The notes under the pieces: generated by a model
Databases searched by the model: none
Seen by the model: the letters and a program-made list of their open reading frames with translations, nothing else
Told to the model about the DNA's origin: nothing
From: a virus
Reading direction: 5' to 3' (one strand)
IMG/VR virus record: IMGVR_UViG_3300025646_008465
Coordinates: 1 to 64,000 of that record
DNA length: 64,000 nucleotides
Made by a program: the position numbers and the translations under genes
Part shown: one piece after another, positions 35,446 to 45,647 of the stretch
Layout: each line of letters opens with the position of its first letter
How positions within the stretch are numbered: position 1 is the stretch's first letter

Positions 35446-38400
35446 TTATTCGTCTTCTGATGGGTTTGTAGAAGGTTCAATTTCGTTTTTAGGTAAACTT
35501 AGATTTGAATTATTTTGAGTGGTAGCATTGTTTACAGCAGCTAAACTTGTAATAGTAGTTTCCCACCCTTTGCTTGATACTTTATGATCTACTCCTTTAA
35601 TAATAAAAGATAAATTTCTATTATAACTTGAAGGTAAGATGTTTTGATCTATGTAAAATCGTTCATACATACGAACCCCAGATAATCCTAACATTGTTAA
35701 ATTTAAATCAAAAGGAATAAATCCACTAGCAGGGGGAGCATCACCTTCATCATTTAAAAGTGAAACTACATATTTTGAAACATTACCACTTATGTTTCTG
35801 TTTATATCTAAAATTTCACTATCAACTACTAAACCTCTTTGATAGAATTTTTCAATAAGACCTTCTTTAGCTCTTAATATTTTAATATTATCTTTAAATA
35901 TTTCTAAAGCATCTGTAAAGTTACCATAAATTCTTTTATACTTATCAAGTAACTCAGCATATCGTTTTTGGTCATTTGCTGTGGCCGAAGATCTTAAAAA
36001 TTTAAGTTCTTTGAGTTCTGCTTCAGACATTGTTTCTCCTCCTTGAGGAAGATTTTCTGCTACAGCTTTACTTAGTTTATCAGGGATGATTCTATCTTTT
36101 AACCCTTCATGGAATTTATTAAAAGCCGTAGCATTGGTAATATCTGATGTTCCACGGGATTGGGCTCCAATAGCTAGCATAGTAGCAAATTGGGGGGTTA
36201 AACCAGAATCTAAATTTACACTATAAACAAAACTTCCATTTTGAACATTACCATATCCTGGGAGGGAGTTTCCTGTAACATCTAAATAACTAGTAGAATC
36301 AAATTTTTTAGATCTTCCAGGTCTCCACCCATAAACATTGAATAGTGTTTTATATCTGTCATCAAAATTAGTAGGGTCTACTAGTTTTAAAAAATTAGGA
36401 TCTAGAGGAATATCGTCCATAAACTTAATAGTATTAATATCATGGTCATAAGTAACATTTAACTTATTAACATTACCTAAAGCTTCTTGGATTCCAGATA
36501 ATAATTGTTCTAAAAATCTTAATAAGATAACTCCATTTTCATTAGTAGATGCTTCTAAACAATCAACAACAAAGTGTAAATTAACATGAATAAACATTAA
36601 CCTGGCAGTGTAAGGTTGACCAGGAATTCTAAAATTAGTATCTTCACTTTTGTTTTCAAGAACATCTTTAAAACATTCAAACATTTGGTTTTCTACCAAA
36701 TACCCTAATTGAGGATCTCCTTTTTCTTCATCTTTATTATAATCTGATACTCTAAAAGGGATAATACAAACTGAAGGATCTGTTGAAAATTGAGTAGGAT
36801 AAGTAAAACAATAAGTCTCTTTATAATTTTGATCAAATTTTATAAGAGGAGTTTTATTTCCTTCTTTATCCTTTGAGTAAATTAATAAATTTTCTTCAAT
36901 ATACCTTAAAATATGATATAATTTTACATATTGGTAAGGTGAATTTTTAGACTCAACGGTTACAGTACTTGCATAACTTGAACCATTACTTCCACTTTTA
37001 GTCCTTCTAGCTCTTCTTTGGGGTTTAATTACTAATTGTTCTTTAGGGTCAAAAGGAGTTTCATCTTCATTTTTATAAGTAGAATCTCCATAAACTTGAA
37101 TTTGGGGTAATTTTTTTGGATTGTATTGGGGATCAATACAATTATAAGTGTTAACTTTAGCTCCTTTAGACTCATTCTTTTTTAGTTTATCATAAACCTC
37201 ATAAAGATATTTATGTAACTGAGATTTATCTTTGTTGGCTATTAAACTTGTACTTAAAGCTTCTTCAGCTTCAGTTTCTACAGTGTAAGTGGTTTTTGGT
37301 GCATTATCAAATCCACTTTCACCTGCTACAAGTCCTGCACTTGCTAATGCTTTAACATCGGCACTACTTAAGGATTGAACAAAATTTGAATAAGCAGTTC
37401 TATCAGCTGTACCTCCATTGTTATCCTTTGTTCCCGTAATATTAGCCCCACTAGATACTGTAGCTAAAAAATTACCGGCATTTCTACTAAGTTTATCACC
37501 TATTCTTTTTGCGCGGGTTAGAAAATTAGCTTGTTCTTTATTTTCTCGGGTAGTTCTAGCAGCCTCTGTTTCTGGTTGTCTCTCTGGGGTTCCTGGGGTA
37601 GATTCTGGTGGGGGTTCTGTTCCGAAGGGAGATGAACCTATTGCTGTAGATCTATTAATAGTTAGGGATTCAATTACATCTCCTATAGAGATAATATCTA
37701 CGGTAATGCTATAGCTATTATCTTCTTCGAAAGACCATTTAAAATTAACTATCTTTCCAAAAAAACCATCATAGTTCCCACAAGTAGTAGCAGTATGAGA
37801 ATTAATAAGAGCTAGAATATTGTTTTGGTTAACATCATCTTTAAAAAAATTACTAAAAGCTGGGGTATTAAATGTAGCTTGTTCGTATTTTTTAGATGAT
37901 ACATCAATATCATTGTGGGTATAATATAGAGTATGACCCCACTCAACTAATACAGTAAACCCAGGGTGCATGTAAAGAGCTTCAATAATATCAAACTGCT
38001 TTTTACTATTTGCCTTAAGTTTTAAAGTTGCTTTTCTAAAAGAACCCCTGTTATAAGTTTTAATATCTAAAGATTCAATGCCTGGAGGAGGAACTAATCC
38101 AACTTGTTGGTTGTCACCAGCAAAACCATAAACATTTTTAAAAATATTATCGGGATTTCCATCATATAGTCCTGAGGGTTGGATTAATTTTCCTTCATTG
38201 TCTAATCGAGATACACCGTTATAAAGAATAAAATTTTTAGCTAATAAATCCCCCTGAAAGTTTTTACTTCCTGTTAGTGCTTCACTTTTTTCGGGTGTAG
38301 AAATATTGACTGATGATACTGCTCGTATCCAAGCTGTATTGTTATTAGACCATGTTAAAACTTCAGGTTCTCTAATTTCTAGCCCTAATAATTGCTGCCT

Positions 38401-38457
38401 TAGATCAACTTGGGTTTTAACAAATTTTCTTGGATTACTTCCTATAAGATTTCCCAT
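35446..38457 (-). CDS. Baseplate hub-like protein
   Basis: Position after the LysM-like gene; PG..VLVEWG, YDGF.GKIVNF.W and FII.GV.H.V...GWETTI motifs. Confidence 0.6.
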   Translation of the reverse strand: MGNLIGSNPRKFVKTQVDLRQQLLGLEIREPEVLTWSNNNTAWIRAVSSVNISTPEKSEALTGSKNFQGDLLAKNFILYNGVSRLDNEGKLIQPSGLYDGNPDNIFKNVYGFAGDNQQVGLVPPPGIESLDIKTYNRGSFRKATLKLKANSKKQFDIIEALYMHPGFTVLVEWGHTLYYTHNDIDVSSKKYEQATFNTPAFSNFFKDDVNQNNILALINSHTATTCGNYDGFFGKIVNFKWSFEEDNSYSITVDIISIGDVIESLTINRSTAIGSSPFGTEPPPESTPGTPERQPETEAARTTRENKEQANFLTRAKRIGDKLSRNAGNFLATVSSGANITGTKDNNGGTADRTAYSNFVQSLSSADVKALASAGLVAGESGFDNAPKTTYTVETEAEEALSTSLIANKDKSQLHKYLYEVYDKLKKNESKGAKVNTYNCIDPQYNPKKLPQIQVYGDSTYKNEDETPFDPKEQLVIKPQRRARRTKSGSNGSSYASTVTVESKNSPYQYVKLYHILRYIEENLLIYSKDKEGNKTPLIKFDQNYKETYCFTYPTQFSTDPSVCIIPFRVSDYNKDEEKGDPQLGYLVENQMFECFKDVLENKSEDTNFRIPGQPYTARLMFIHVNLHFVVDCLEASTNENGVILLRFLEQLLSGIQEALGNVNKLNVTYDHDINTIKFMDDIPLDPNFLKLVDPTNFDDRYKTLFNVYGWRPGRSKKFDSTSYLDVTGNSLPGYGNVQNGSFVYSVNLDSGLTPQFATMLAIGAQSRGTSDITNATAFNKFHEGLKDRIIPDKLSKAVAENLPQGGETMSEAELKELKFLRSSATANDQKRYAELLDKYKRIYGNFTDALEIFKDNIKILRAKEGLIEKFYQRGLVVDSEILDINRNISGNVSKYVVSLLNDEGDAPPASGFIPFDLNLTMLGLSGVRMYERFYIDQNILPSSYNRNLSFIIKGVDHKVSSKGWETTITSLAAVNNATTQNNSNLSLPKNEIEPSTNPSEDE

Positions 38458-38762
38458 TATACAACTCCATTTATTTGATCAAATTTAAGAAGGATATTTG
38501 TGACATCCAAGGGTACTCTAATTTGAGTTCCAATGGGGACGTAAAAAGAATTTTGAGGTAAATTAGGATTAGCACAAGATATAATCCACCATAAAGAAGG
38601 ATCTCCATATATTTGGTTAGCTAATAAATCTAATCTATCCCCTTCTTGCATTATAAAATATAAATCAGTTGAAGAAAAGGGAATTGAAGGATATTTAGGG
38701 GAATAATAATAAGAATTCCCTTGACCTATTGAATTTTGTGGTATTTTTGAATATCTGTTCAT
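38457..38762 (-). CDS. LysM-like baseplate protein (gp53/tail X-like)
   Basis: EGDRLDLLANQIYGDPSLWWIISCAN...G.QIRVP. Confidence 0.85.
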   Translation of the reverse strand: MNRYSKIPQNSIGQGNSYYYSPKYPSIPFSSTDLYFIMQEGDRLDLLANQIYGDPSLWWIISCANPNLPQNSFYVPIGTQIRVPLDVTNILLKFDQINGVV

Positions 38763-38768
38763 AACTTA

Positions 38769-40223
38769 TTATGCGAATGGGGGAGTTGGATAATTAGTTC
38801 CTTGAGATGCTTGGGATTGAGCTAAAGTAGGTACTGTAACAATAGATGATGAAGAAGATTTTGGTGCTCTTATAGTACCATCTTTAATTAAATCACTTTG
38901 TTTAGTATCAGAGTCCCAATTATCATATCCAATAAATTTAGATCCTTTTTGTGGTACAAAGTTATGGATTGGTTTAAATTCAAAACTATCAACTGTAATC
39001 ACATGCGGCAATTGAGCAATATTTTTATCTTCTTTACCATTATTTAATTTAGCAATTTCCCAAGGAGAGTTTGGATCAATAGTAAGACTTAATCCTCCTA
39101 ATACACCAGGAACATCTACTAAATAGTCTCCTACAGTTAAATAAATTAAACTTCCTCTCATAAAACCATTAGAACTATAATCTGGGGCTGTTAGTGAAGC
39201 TAAATAAGTAAGTTTTTCATATAGTGTTCTTTGTTCTTGGCGAGATTGAACAGCTACTTTAAAACTTAAACTATTAGAACGACTAAAACCACCATATCTA
39301 TAAAATGCTTCTCCTCTACCAACAAATTTTTGGTCAGACCACTCTGCGCTGAATGAGTCAGAGAAACTTTCTAAAAATGCTCTAAAGTGAATATGAGTAA
39401 ATTGTGAAGGATTATCGTTATCTACTACTTTAATTTTAAACTTTATAAAATCTGAAGGGATGTCGCCTGATATTTCTTTTGATTTTGCTACAGAATCAGG
39501 GGCCGTATACAAATTAACCAAAGCCATTTTATCGGCTGTGGAAGATAAGGGAGCAATGTTTTGTATAGGAGTTGTATCATTAACATTTAAGTTAATCGCA
39601 TCTTTTTTATCGTAAACTACATTATAATGTTTTCTACTCCTTACAATAGAAGTTCCTAATTTATTATCAGTTCCAGGAACTTTACCTCTAAGAAGAGGAT
39701 TAGTACCATCCCCGGGACTACCTAATTGATAAACATCAGTTTGACCAGCTTTTAGTCTATTAGCTGCTCTAAAATCAGTAGGACCAGGTTCAGGGTAAGT
39801 GAAAATTTCCCTGATGTTGGGGTTAAGAAATGAAGGAATGTGTCCTATTCCAGGAATATTAAGTAATTCTTGGGCACCAACTGCTAGAGGATTCCACACC
39901 GCTGTAGGTTCAGATAATAATCCTAAAGCTACTTGTTTAGCTTCAAATACTAATCCTGTACTAGTTTGGGTATACAGTTTATATAAACGTTCTACATCAT
40001 CTAAAGCTGTTCCTGGGTTTAATAGGGCATTTCTAAAACCGAAGGTGTTACCAACGGTCATACCATAGTCTCCTGTACTTTCGTCTCCGATTTGATCTAA
40101 AAAGGTTTTATCCTTACCCGGAATATCTTTTACGATAAACGGTTGTTTACTAGAACCCCCGTTGGGTCTATCCATACCAAAAGGAACGGATGTTAAATCA
40201 GTTTTTAGATCTAATAAAGGCAT
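38769..40223 (-). CDS. Tail tube initiator / baseplate protein
   Basis: FRAFLESFSDSFSAEW.....VGR.E..Y.Y.GF.R..SLSF motif; located after the tape measure gene. Confidence 0.65.
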   Translation of the reverse strand: MPLLDLKTDLTSVPFGMDRPNGGSSKQPFIVKDIPGKDKTFLDQIGDESTGDYGMTVGNTFGFRNALLNPGTALDDVERLYKLYTQTSTGLVFEAKQVALGLLSEPTAVWNPLAVGAQELLNIPGIGHIPSFLNPNIREIFTYPEPGPTDFRAANRLKAGQTDVYQLGSPGDGTNPLLRGKVPGTDNKLGTSIVRSRKHYNVVYDKKDAINLNVNDTTPIQNIAPLSSTADKMALVNLYTAPDSVAKSKEISGDIPSDFIKFKIKVVDNDNPSQFTHIHFRAFLESFSDSFSAEWSDQKFVGRGEAFYRYGGFSRSNSLSFKVAVQSRQEQRTLYEKLTYLASLTAPDYSSNGFMRGSLIYLTVGDYLVDVPGVLGGLSLTIDPNSPWEIAKLNNGKEDKNIAQLPHVITVDSFEFKPIHNFVPQKGSKFIGYDNWDSDTKQSDLIKDGTIRAPKSSSSSIVTVPTLAQSQASQGTNYPTPPFA

Positions 40224-40229
40224 TCTTTA

Positions 40230-40541
40230 TTATTGAGGAAGATTACTTAAATATCCTGCAGGAGTTACTCCATTATTGAGGTCTAATTGAGTAGAATTCA
40301 AGGAATTAACTAAGTTAGCAGGAGTGTATCCAGCAGGAGTTACTCCGTTATTAACGTCTAATTGAGTTGAACCTAAAGAATTAACTAAGTTAGCAGGAGT
40401 GTATCCTGAAGGTGTTGCTCCATTGTTAATGTCTAACTGAGTAGAATTCAAGGAATTAACCAAGTTAGCAGGAGTATATCCAGAAGGGGTAGCACCATTC
40501 AATCCTAAGTTTGTTTGGTTTAATGAATTAATTAAGGCCAT
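40230..40541 (-). CDS. Small protein built from four 25-aa repeats
   Basis: ANLVNSLNSTQLD.NNG.TP.GYTP repeated about four times; ATATTTAT motif at 40567-40574. Confidence 0.75.
   Translation of the reverse strand: MALINSLNQTNLGLNGATPSGYTPANLVNSLNSTQLDINNGATPSGYTPANLVNSLGSTQLDVNNGVTPAGYTPANLVNSLNSTQLDLNNGVTPAGYLSNLPQ
40248..40538. repeat. 75-bp tandem repeat, about 4 copies
   Basis: aagttagcaggagt recurs at 40312, 40387 and 40462. Confidence 0.85.
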
Positions 40542-40578
40542 AGTTTTTTATATTAAATGTTTTGTTATAAATATTAAA

Positions 40579-43500
40579 TTATTGCATTCTGTATGCTGAA
40601 ATTCCTAATGCTGTACCTACTTTATTACCATCTAAAGTTACTGTGCCTTCTTTAGCTGCTAATCGTTCCATAACCATACGTAATGCTCTAAGTTCATTTA
40701 ATACATCGGCACTACCTAAACTTACTGCACCCTTAGGAGCACTTACAACATCGTCTCCAAATAAATTAGTACCAGCAATTACTGTATCTTTGTCATTTAA
40801 TTGAACAGCACCCTCAGGACCAAATAATGTACGTTTACCATATCCTGGACGAGAAACCATATCATCCCCAAAGGTATTTAATACTAATTTACCTAATGAA
40901 GGGCCCCCTACGTAATCTGAAATAGCACTTCCAAGCATTCTGCCTAAAGCATCACCTCCTGTATAAGCTAATGTTGAAAGCAACCAACCGGGAATACCTA
41001 CAGCTTGCAAACTTGAAACACCAGCGGCTGCTAATGATCCTCCTAATAAACCTAAACCACTACTAATAATAGTTCTACCAATTTCAGATTCAGTTTCACC
41101 ACGAGTTAATCCTCCTTCTTTCATGATAGCATTAACATCTTGACCCGCAAATAAAGCTTCCATAAGAACTCCTAAAACTGGGATTTTGCCAAAAAGTTTT
41201 TTCATAAAAGTACCTACAGGACCTTTAGCAGCTTTAAACATAGGTTTAATTTTACTTCCTATATTTTTAGCAAACCAATCTTTTACTTTTTTCATACCCC
41301 AATCACTGGCATTGCTTATAGCTTTACCAGCATTTCCTACTAAGTTTTTAGCACCTTTATAAGCTTTAGAAGCTGTAGATTTGATACCACTCCACATTTT
41401 TCCAAAAAATCCTTGTTGGGCTTTTGGTTTTGGTTTTGGTTTTGGTTTTGTTTTTGGTCCTTGAGATCCTTTTGATCCTTTTGATCCTTTTGATCCTTGA
41501 GCTTCTGCTTCTGGTCCTTTGTTTCCAAGTCCCATTAAAGCCATGGGGGTCATTGATAAAGCCATATTACCGGCACCTGCCGCTACGCTTTTTATTGAAT
41601 CCCACCAACTTGTTTTTTTCTCTGTTGTTTTCTTAAGGTCTTTAGCAACTTTATCAGCGGCTGATTTAGCATCTTTATCGTTTCCTAATTCTCTTTTAAC
41701 TTCACCAGCTAAAGCATAGGCCTTAGCTTGAGCTAAATTATCACCTGTATATTTTGTTCCTCTATATTCTAAAGTAACTTTTTTAGATGTATCATCTTGA
41801 GATACTTTACTATAGGTTTCAATAGAGGCTTCTATAGCTTTTTTCTTGGCATCTTTATCTTTTTTAGCTTGGGCTGCTGCCGCGGCTACAGCCGCACCTG
41901 CATCTACACCACCACCTTGTTGTTCTTCTTCACCTCCTGAAAATGCTCCGGACAGTGCTTGCATTCCAAATCCTAATCCTAGATTTAAAAGCATTGCCCC
42001 AGCATTCCCTCGTAGTCTTGGTTTAAATCTACTACGAGTAGTAGGTTTAGGGGTTTTATTAGATTTATAACGTCTATCAAGTGTACCATCTTTTTTTCGA
42101 GGACCGCTAGTGTTGGAAGGACCGGATGAAGTCGAAGGACCATACATCATATCGGATGCTGACTGATTCATACCAGGTACTCCTCCTGCAGGCATATTAG
42201 TTACTCTTACAAATGAAGGATTAAAGGATGTTGCTCCTCTTTCAAACATTTTACCTAAACCTGGGAATATGAATTCTAATGTTTTTTTAGCAGCAGCTCC
42301 TGCAATAAATGAAGTTAACAATGTTTTAAACATTGGATTTTGGAGCAACTTATCAAACATTTTGACAATTACAAGCACAGCTTTTCTACCGGCTTCCATT
42401 CCTTCTTTTAAAGCTCTAAATGTTTCAGAATTTTTAAGTTCTTTAAAGAAATTATATGCTTTTCCTATAAATGATTCGGGATTAGTTAAGTCACCTCCTG
42501 TCAATATAGCTCTTACATCACGTAAACCTTTATTAATAAAACCTGATTGAGGGTCAAAAACTGCTTTGAACACTCCATGTATTTTACCTCCCTCTTGGGT
42601 CATCATCTGAAGCATACCCACAATATTTTCTTTTATATCTTCAAATATTTTCTTGGTTTCATCATTCATCCACCAAGCTTCAAATTGACCCCCAAACAAT
42701 TCCATTATTGGTTCCTTGATAGAAATCATGAAACTGTCAACCCAATCTCCAAAGCTTTTGAAAGCAGCACCAAATTTTCCTAATCTTGCTGCTAAACCTC
42801 TTTGTCTCATTTCTTCGGATTCAGCCATAGTTGCCGCTCCTTTTCGAATATCTGCTCCTTTTTGTAAACTATTATTTAAGTCTCCTTGAACAGTAGTCAT
42901 TGTTCGGTTAGCATCCAAAATAGATGATACTTTGTCTTCACTAATACCTAAAGTTTTAGTGATAGCATCCATAATAAATTGGTTGTTTGAAGCATCACCT
43001 CCAATTTGCTTGGTAATACGAGCAATTTCTTTATTTAATCCAGCAAAGTCACGTGTTGCTGCTAATTCTCTTGCTTTGGTAAGATCAATATCTTTACCAG
43101 TTAATAATCTTAATTCTTGTTCAGATGAAATACTTTCTTCTAAGTTTAAGAATCCTTTAGCAGAATCTAAAGCATCTTCTAATTCTAAACCTAATTTTTT
43201 AGATGAAAGAACGGCAGCTATAATTGCATCTTTTGAACCTCCTAATGCTCTTTGAATATTACGAGAAGTTTTATTCACAGCTTCAAATGCTACTTTTTGA
43301 CTAACTGCTATATTTTGTGATTTAATTTGAGCTGCAATTTGGTTATTCATCTCGTCAACAACCGTACCGGCATCTTCACCTAAAATTTTAGCATATTTTT
43401 GTGCTGCCGCTAAAGATTCAGCAGAATAACCAGCATAAATGTTTAATTTAACAAATCTATCTAAGGTTTTACCTGATAGTTGTTCTGTGGAGTTCATAGC

Positions 43501-44433
43501 ATTGTAAATACCTTCTATAGCAGATGCGGCTTGACCCGATGTAGGACCTAATCCTGCTACTTGACTATATAATTTACCGGCTGCTTCTTGGCTTAAACCA
43601 ATGTTTCGAGCTAAACCTTGCATTTCCCCAGAAGTAACTTGAGCTACCTCCATGTACTTATCTTTAGCTTCTTTACCCATATCGATAAACTTGCGAACAA
43701 CTTTACCAACTAGTCCAAAAGCTCCTTTAACTAAACTAACTGCCCCTTTAATCATAACTAAAGGATCAAATAAATGTTTAATTAAAGATTTACCTAAAAA
43801 TGCAAAAGTAGAACCTAAAATTTTAAATTTAGAACCAAGCCCTCCAGCATTTCCCTTAGCGTCAACTATTTTTTTAGCCATAGCTGCAGCTCTATCTTGA
43901 GCTTCTTGAAGGGTATCAGCTATTCCATCAAAACCTAATTTTCCAGCTAACTTTCCAATACCTTTAATAGCAGAACCTGTGAGTCCCATGGTTTGGCTAA
44001 TATCCTTAGAATATTTTAACTGGGCTTGCATTGAATCTTCAACTTCTTTGTTGTATGATTCAATTTTAGCTAATTCATTTTTTAATTGTTTAGCGTTTCC
44101 AACACCACTTCTTTCAGCTATTTCAATTTGATTTTTTAATGCTTGGATTTTAGCTGTGCGGTTTTGGATTTCAGCTGTAATATCTTTATAGGTTAGAATA
44201 CCTTTATTAGCTTTTTCTTGGTTTCTAACCAATACGTCTGTAGACTTAGCTAAGCTATTAATTGTACCTGTAACGTCTTTGGCTAAGGTTTTGGCAGAGT
44301 TTTGTCCTGCTGTTAAAGCTTGGGCAAAAATATCACCAATGTTGGATGCAATACTTCTAAGAGCATCTTCAACCACTACTTGGGTTTCATCTGCAATCTT
44401 TTTTATTCTTTCTCCTTCGTTTTGCTTTGCCAT
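40579..44433 (-). CDS. Tape measure protein
   Basis: 1284 aa, helical and A/G/K-rich, following the tube and chaperone genes; C-terminal V.LDG.KVG. Confidence 0.85.
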   Translation of the reverse strand: MAKQNEGERIKKIADETQVVVEDALRSIASNIGDIFAQALTAGQNSAKTLAKDVTGTINSLAKSTDVLVRNQEKANKGILTYKDITAEIQNRTAKIQALKNQIEIAERSGVGNAKQLKNELAKIESYNKEVEDSMQAQLKYSKDISQTMGLTGSAIKGIGKLAGKLGFDGIADTLQEAQDRAAAMAKKIVDAKGNAGGLGSKFKILGSTFAFLGKSLIKHLFDPLVMIKGAVSLVKGAFGLVGKVVRKFIDMGKEAKDKYMEVAQVTSGEMQGLARNIGLSQEAAGKLYSQVAGLGPTSGQAASAIEGIYNAMNSTEQLSGKTLDRFVKLNIYAGYSAESLAAAQKYAKILGEDAGTVVDEMNNQIAAQIKSQNIAVSQKVAFEAVNKTSRNIQRALGGSKDAIIAAVLSSKKLGLELEDALDSAKGFLNLEESISSEQELRLLTGKDIDLTKARELAATRDFAGLNKEIARITKQIGGDASNNQFIMDAITKTLGISEDKVSSILDANRTMTTVQGDLNNSLQKGADIRKGAATMAESEEMRQRGLAARLGKFGAAFKSFGDWVDSFMISIKEPIMELFGGQFEAWWMNDETKKIFEDIKENIVGMLQMMTQEGGKIHGVFKAVFDPQSGFINKGLRDVRAILTGGDLTNPESFIGKAYNFFKELKNSETFRALKEGMEAGRKAVLVIVKMFDKLLQNPMFKTLLTSFIAGAAAKKTLEFIFPGLGKMFERGATSFNPSFVRVTNMPAGGVPGMNQSASDMMYGPSTSSGPSNTSGPRKKDGTLDRRYKSNKTPKPTTRSRFKPRLRGNAGAMLLNLGLGFGMQALSGAFSGGEEEQQGGGVDAGAAVAAAAAQAKKDKDAKKKAIEASIETYSKVSQDDTSKKVTLEYRGTKYTGDNLAQAKAYALAGEVKRELGNDKDAKSAADKVAKDLKKTTEKKTSWWDSIKSVAAGAGNMALSMTPMALMGLGNKGPEAEAQGSKGSKGSKGSQGPKTKPKPKPKPKAQQGFFGKMWSGIKSTASKAYKGAKNLVGNAGKAISNASDWGMKKVKDWFAKNIGSKIKPMFKAAKGPVGTFMKKLFGKIPVLGVLMEALFAGQDVNAIMKEGGLTRGETESEIGRTIISSGLGLLGGSLAAAGVSSLQAVGIPGWLLSTLAYTGGDALGRMLGSAISDYVGGPSLGKLVLNTFGDDMVSRPGYGKRTLFGPEGAVQLNDKDTVIAGTNLFGDDVVSAPKGAVSLGSADVLNELRALRMVMERLAAKEGTVTLDGNKVGTALGISAYRMQ

Positions 44434-44476
44434 GTTTTAATCAGGTCAATGTATATGGTATAAATATTGGAAGGCG

Positions 44477-44774
44477 TCATTTTCTTGACGCCTTCGCAAT
44501 GTAATCAGGAACAGTTTGTTGTGGTTTTGATACTGCACCTGCAGCTTTCATATTTGCAATGGATTGTTCAGCTACGTTTTGGGATGAATTTTGATTATTT
44601 TCTTTTTCATACCACTCAACAAGCTTATGCCACGTAAATTTTCTAAGCCATAAAGGCATATTATACACGCTCACCCAATCATAGCCGCCTTTACCATGAA
44701 ATACTATCTCGTGAATTTGTGTAAATACGTCTCCTCTATAAACTAGAGCTTCCTCAGGCGTCAGGGAAAAAAAA
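44477..44774 (-). CDS. Second tail-assembly chaperone frame, probably reached by frameshift
   Basis: FFSLTPEE...QIHEIVFHG.GGY....VYNMP reading frame, overlapping the upstream gene at a T8 run. No ATG until well inside the frame. Confidence 0.65.
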
Positions 44775-45548
44775 GTTGGCTCCCAGGGGTAATGTAATAA
44801 TTTGATCTTCCCCACCTACATTGATACTAATATCCATATCAATATCTGGTTGGATATCTCTAACATATTCTCTTAAAGCTTTTGAATCTCTAGCTAACAT
44901 ATAGTTATCAATGAAATCACGAACACTTTTAGGACTATTATCCCCATTTACAGAAGTAATAATATACTTTAAACGGGTAGTAAGTTCAGGAACATCATTT
45001 TTATTGATTTTCTTTAAACCTTTAAGTTCTTGTTCAATTTTCTTTTCAAGACCTCCATTAATTAACTGGAAAGTTACTTCTACTTTAGAAGCAGGAAGTA
45101 CATAGGTAAATTCATTTTTACCTTTAGTAAACAATTCTAAATTAAGTTGTTTATTTTCAATTGTAGTTAAATCAATTGTATGTTCTTCACCATCATACTC
45201 GAAAGTATAATCTTTACCATATCCTAAAATACGAGAAGCAATTAAGATAGCGTTTTTATCACCAATAAAAATATCATCATAATTAACCTTAGTTACAATT
45301 AGGGACTGCAATAGTTTATCTAATACAATACCTTGAGAAATGTAATTTTGGTTAGTTAAAATGTCTTCTTCTTTGGCAGTCATGTACTTCATTTCAATAG
45401 TACCTCCTGACAATGGGTGACCTTCGGGATAGAGTAAACCTTTAGAGGGCAACTCTACAGTTTCGGTAGGAAACTGGAATGAGTGAACTGTTGGGTCCTT
45501 AACTAGTGAAGGAGTTGGTTCAACAACTTGTGGATTTTCTTGTTCCAT
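44754..45548 (-). CDS. Tail/baseplate assembly chaperone (T4 gp26-like)
   Basis: ELPSKG..Y, MTAKEEDIL, GD.NAILIA.R and C-terminal FFFPDA; located between the tube and tape measure genes. Confidence 0.8.
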   Translation of the reverse strand: MEQENPQVVEPTPSLVKDPTVHSFQFPTETVELPSKGLLYPEGHPLSGGTIEMKYMTAKEEDILTNQNYISQGIVLDKLLQSLIVTKVNYDDIFIGDKNAILIASRILGYGKDYTFEYDGEEHTIDLTTIENKQLNLELFTKGKNEFTYVLPASKVEVTFQLINGGLEKKIEQELKGLKKINKNDVPELTTRLKYIITSVNGDNSPKSVRDFIDNYMLARDSKALREYVRDIQPDIDMDISINVGGEDQIITLPLGANFFFPDA

Positions 45549-45594
45549 AGATTTTATTAATTAATAACTATTATCGATAATACATATACAATAT

Positions 45595-45627
45595 AAAAAA
45601 GAGCTTGACATAAGCCAAGCTCTCTTT
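45595..45627 (-). terminator. Intrinsic terminator after the tail tube gene
   Basis: GAGCTTG-N-CAAGCTC stem followed by a T run on the minus strand. Confidence 0.7.
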
Positions 45628-45647
45628 AAAAAAATCGCAAAATTTTC

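Noticed and set aside
40248-40538. Possible CRISPR-like array
   Set aside because: The 75-bp units are contiguous, in frame, vary mostly at synonymous positions and have no unique spacers.
393-45105. Short antisense or alternate-frame ORFs (e.g. 393-635, 1463-1711, 1785-2165, 25275-25604, 26431-26763, 32187-32390, 33943-34239, 41340-43900)
   Set aside because: They overlap well-supported genes and show no motifs of their own.
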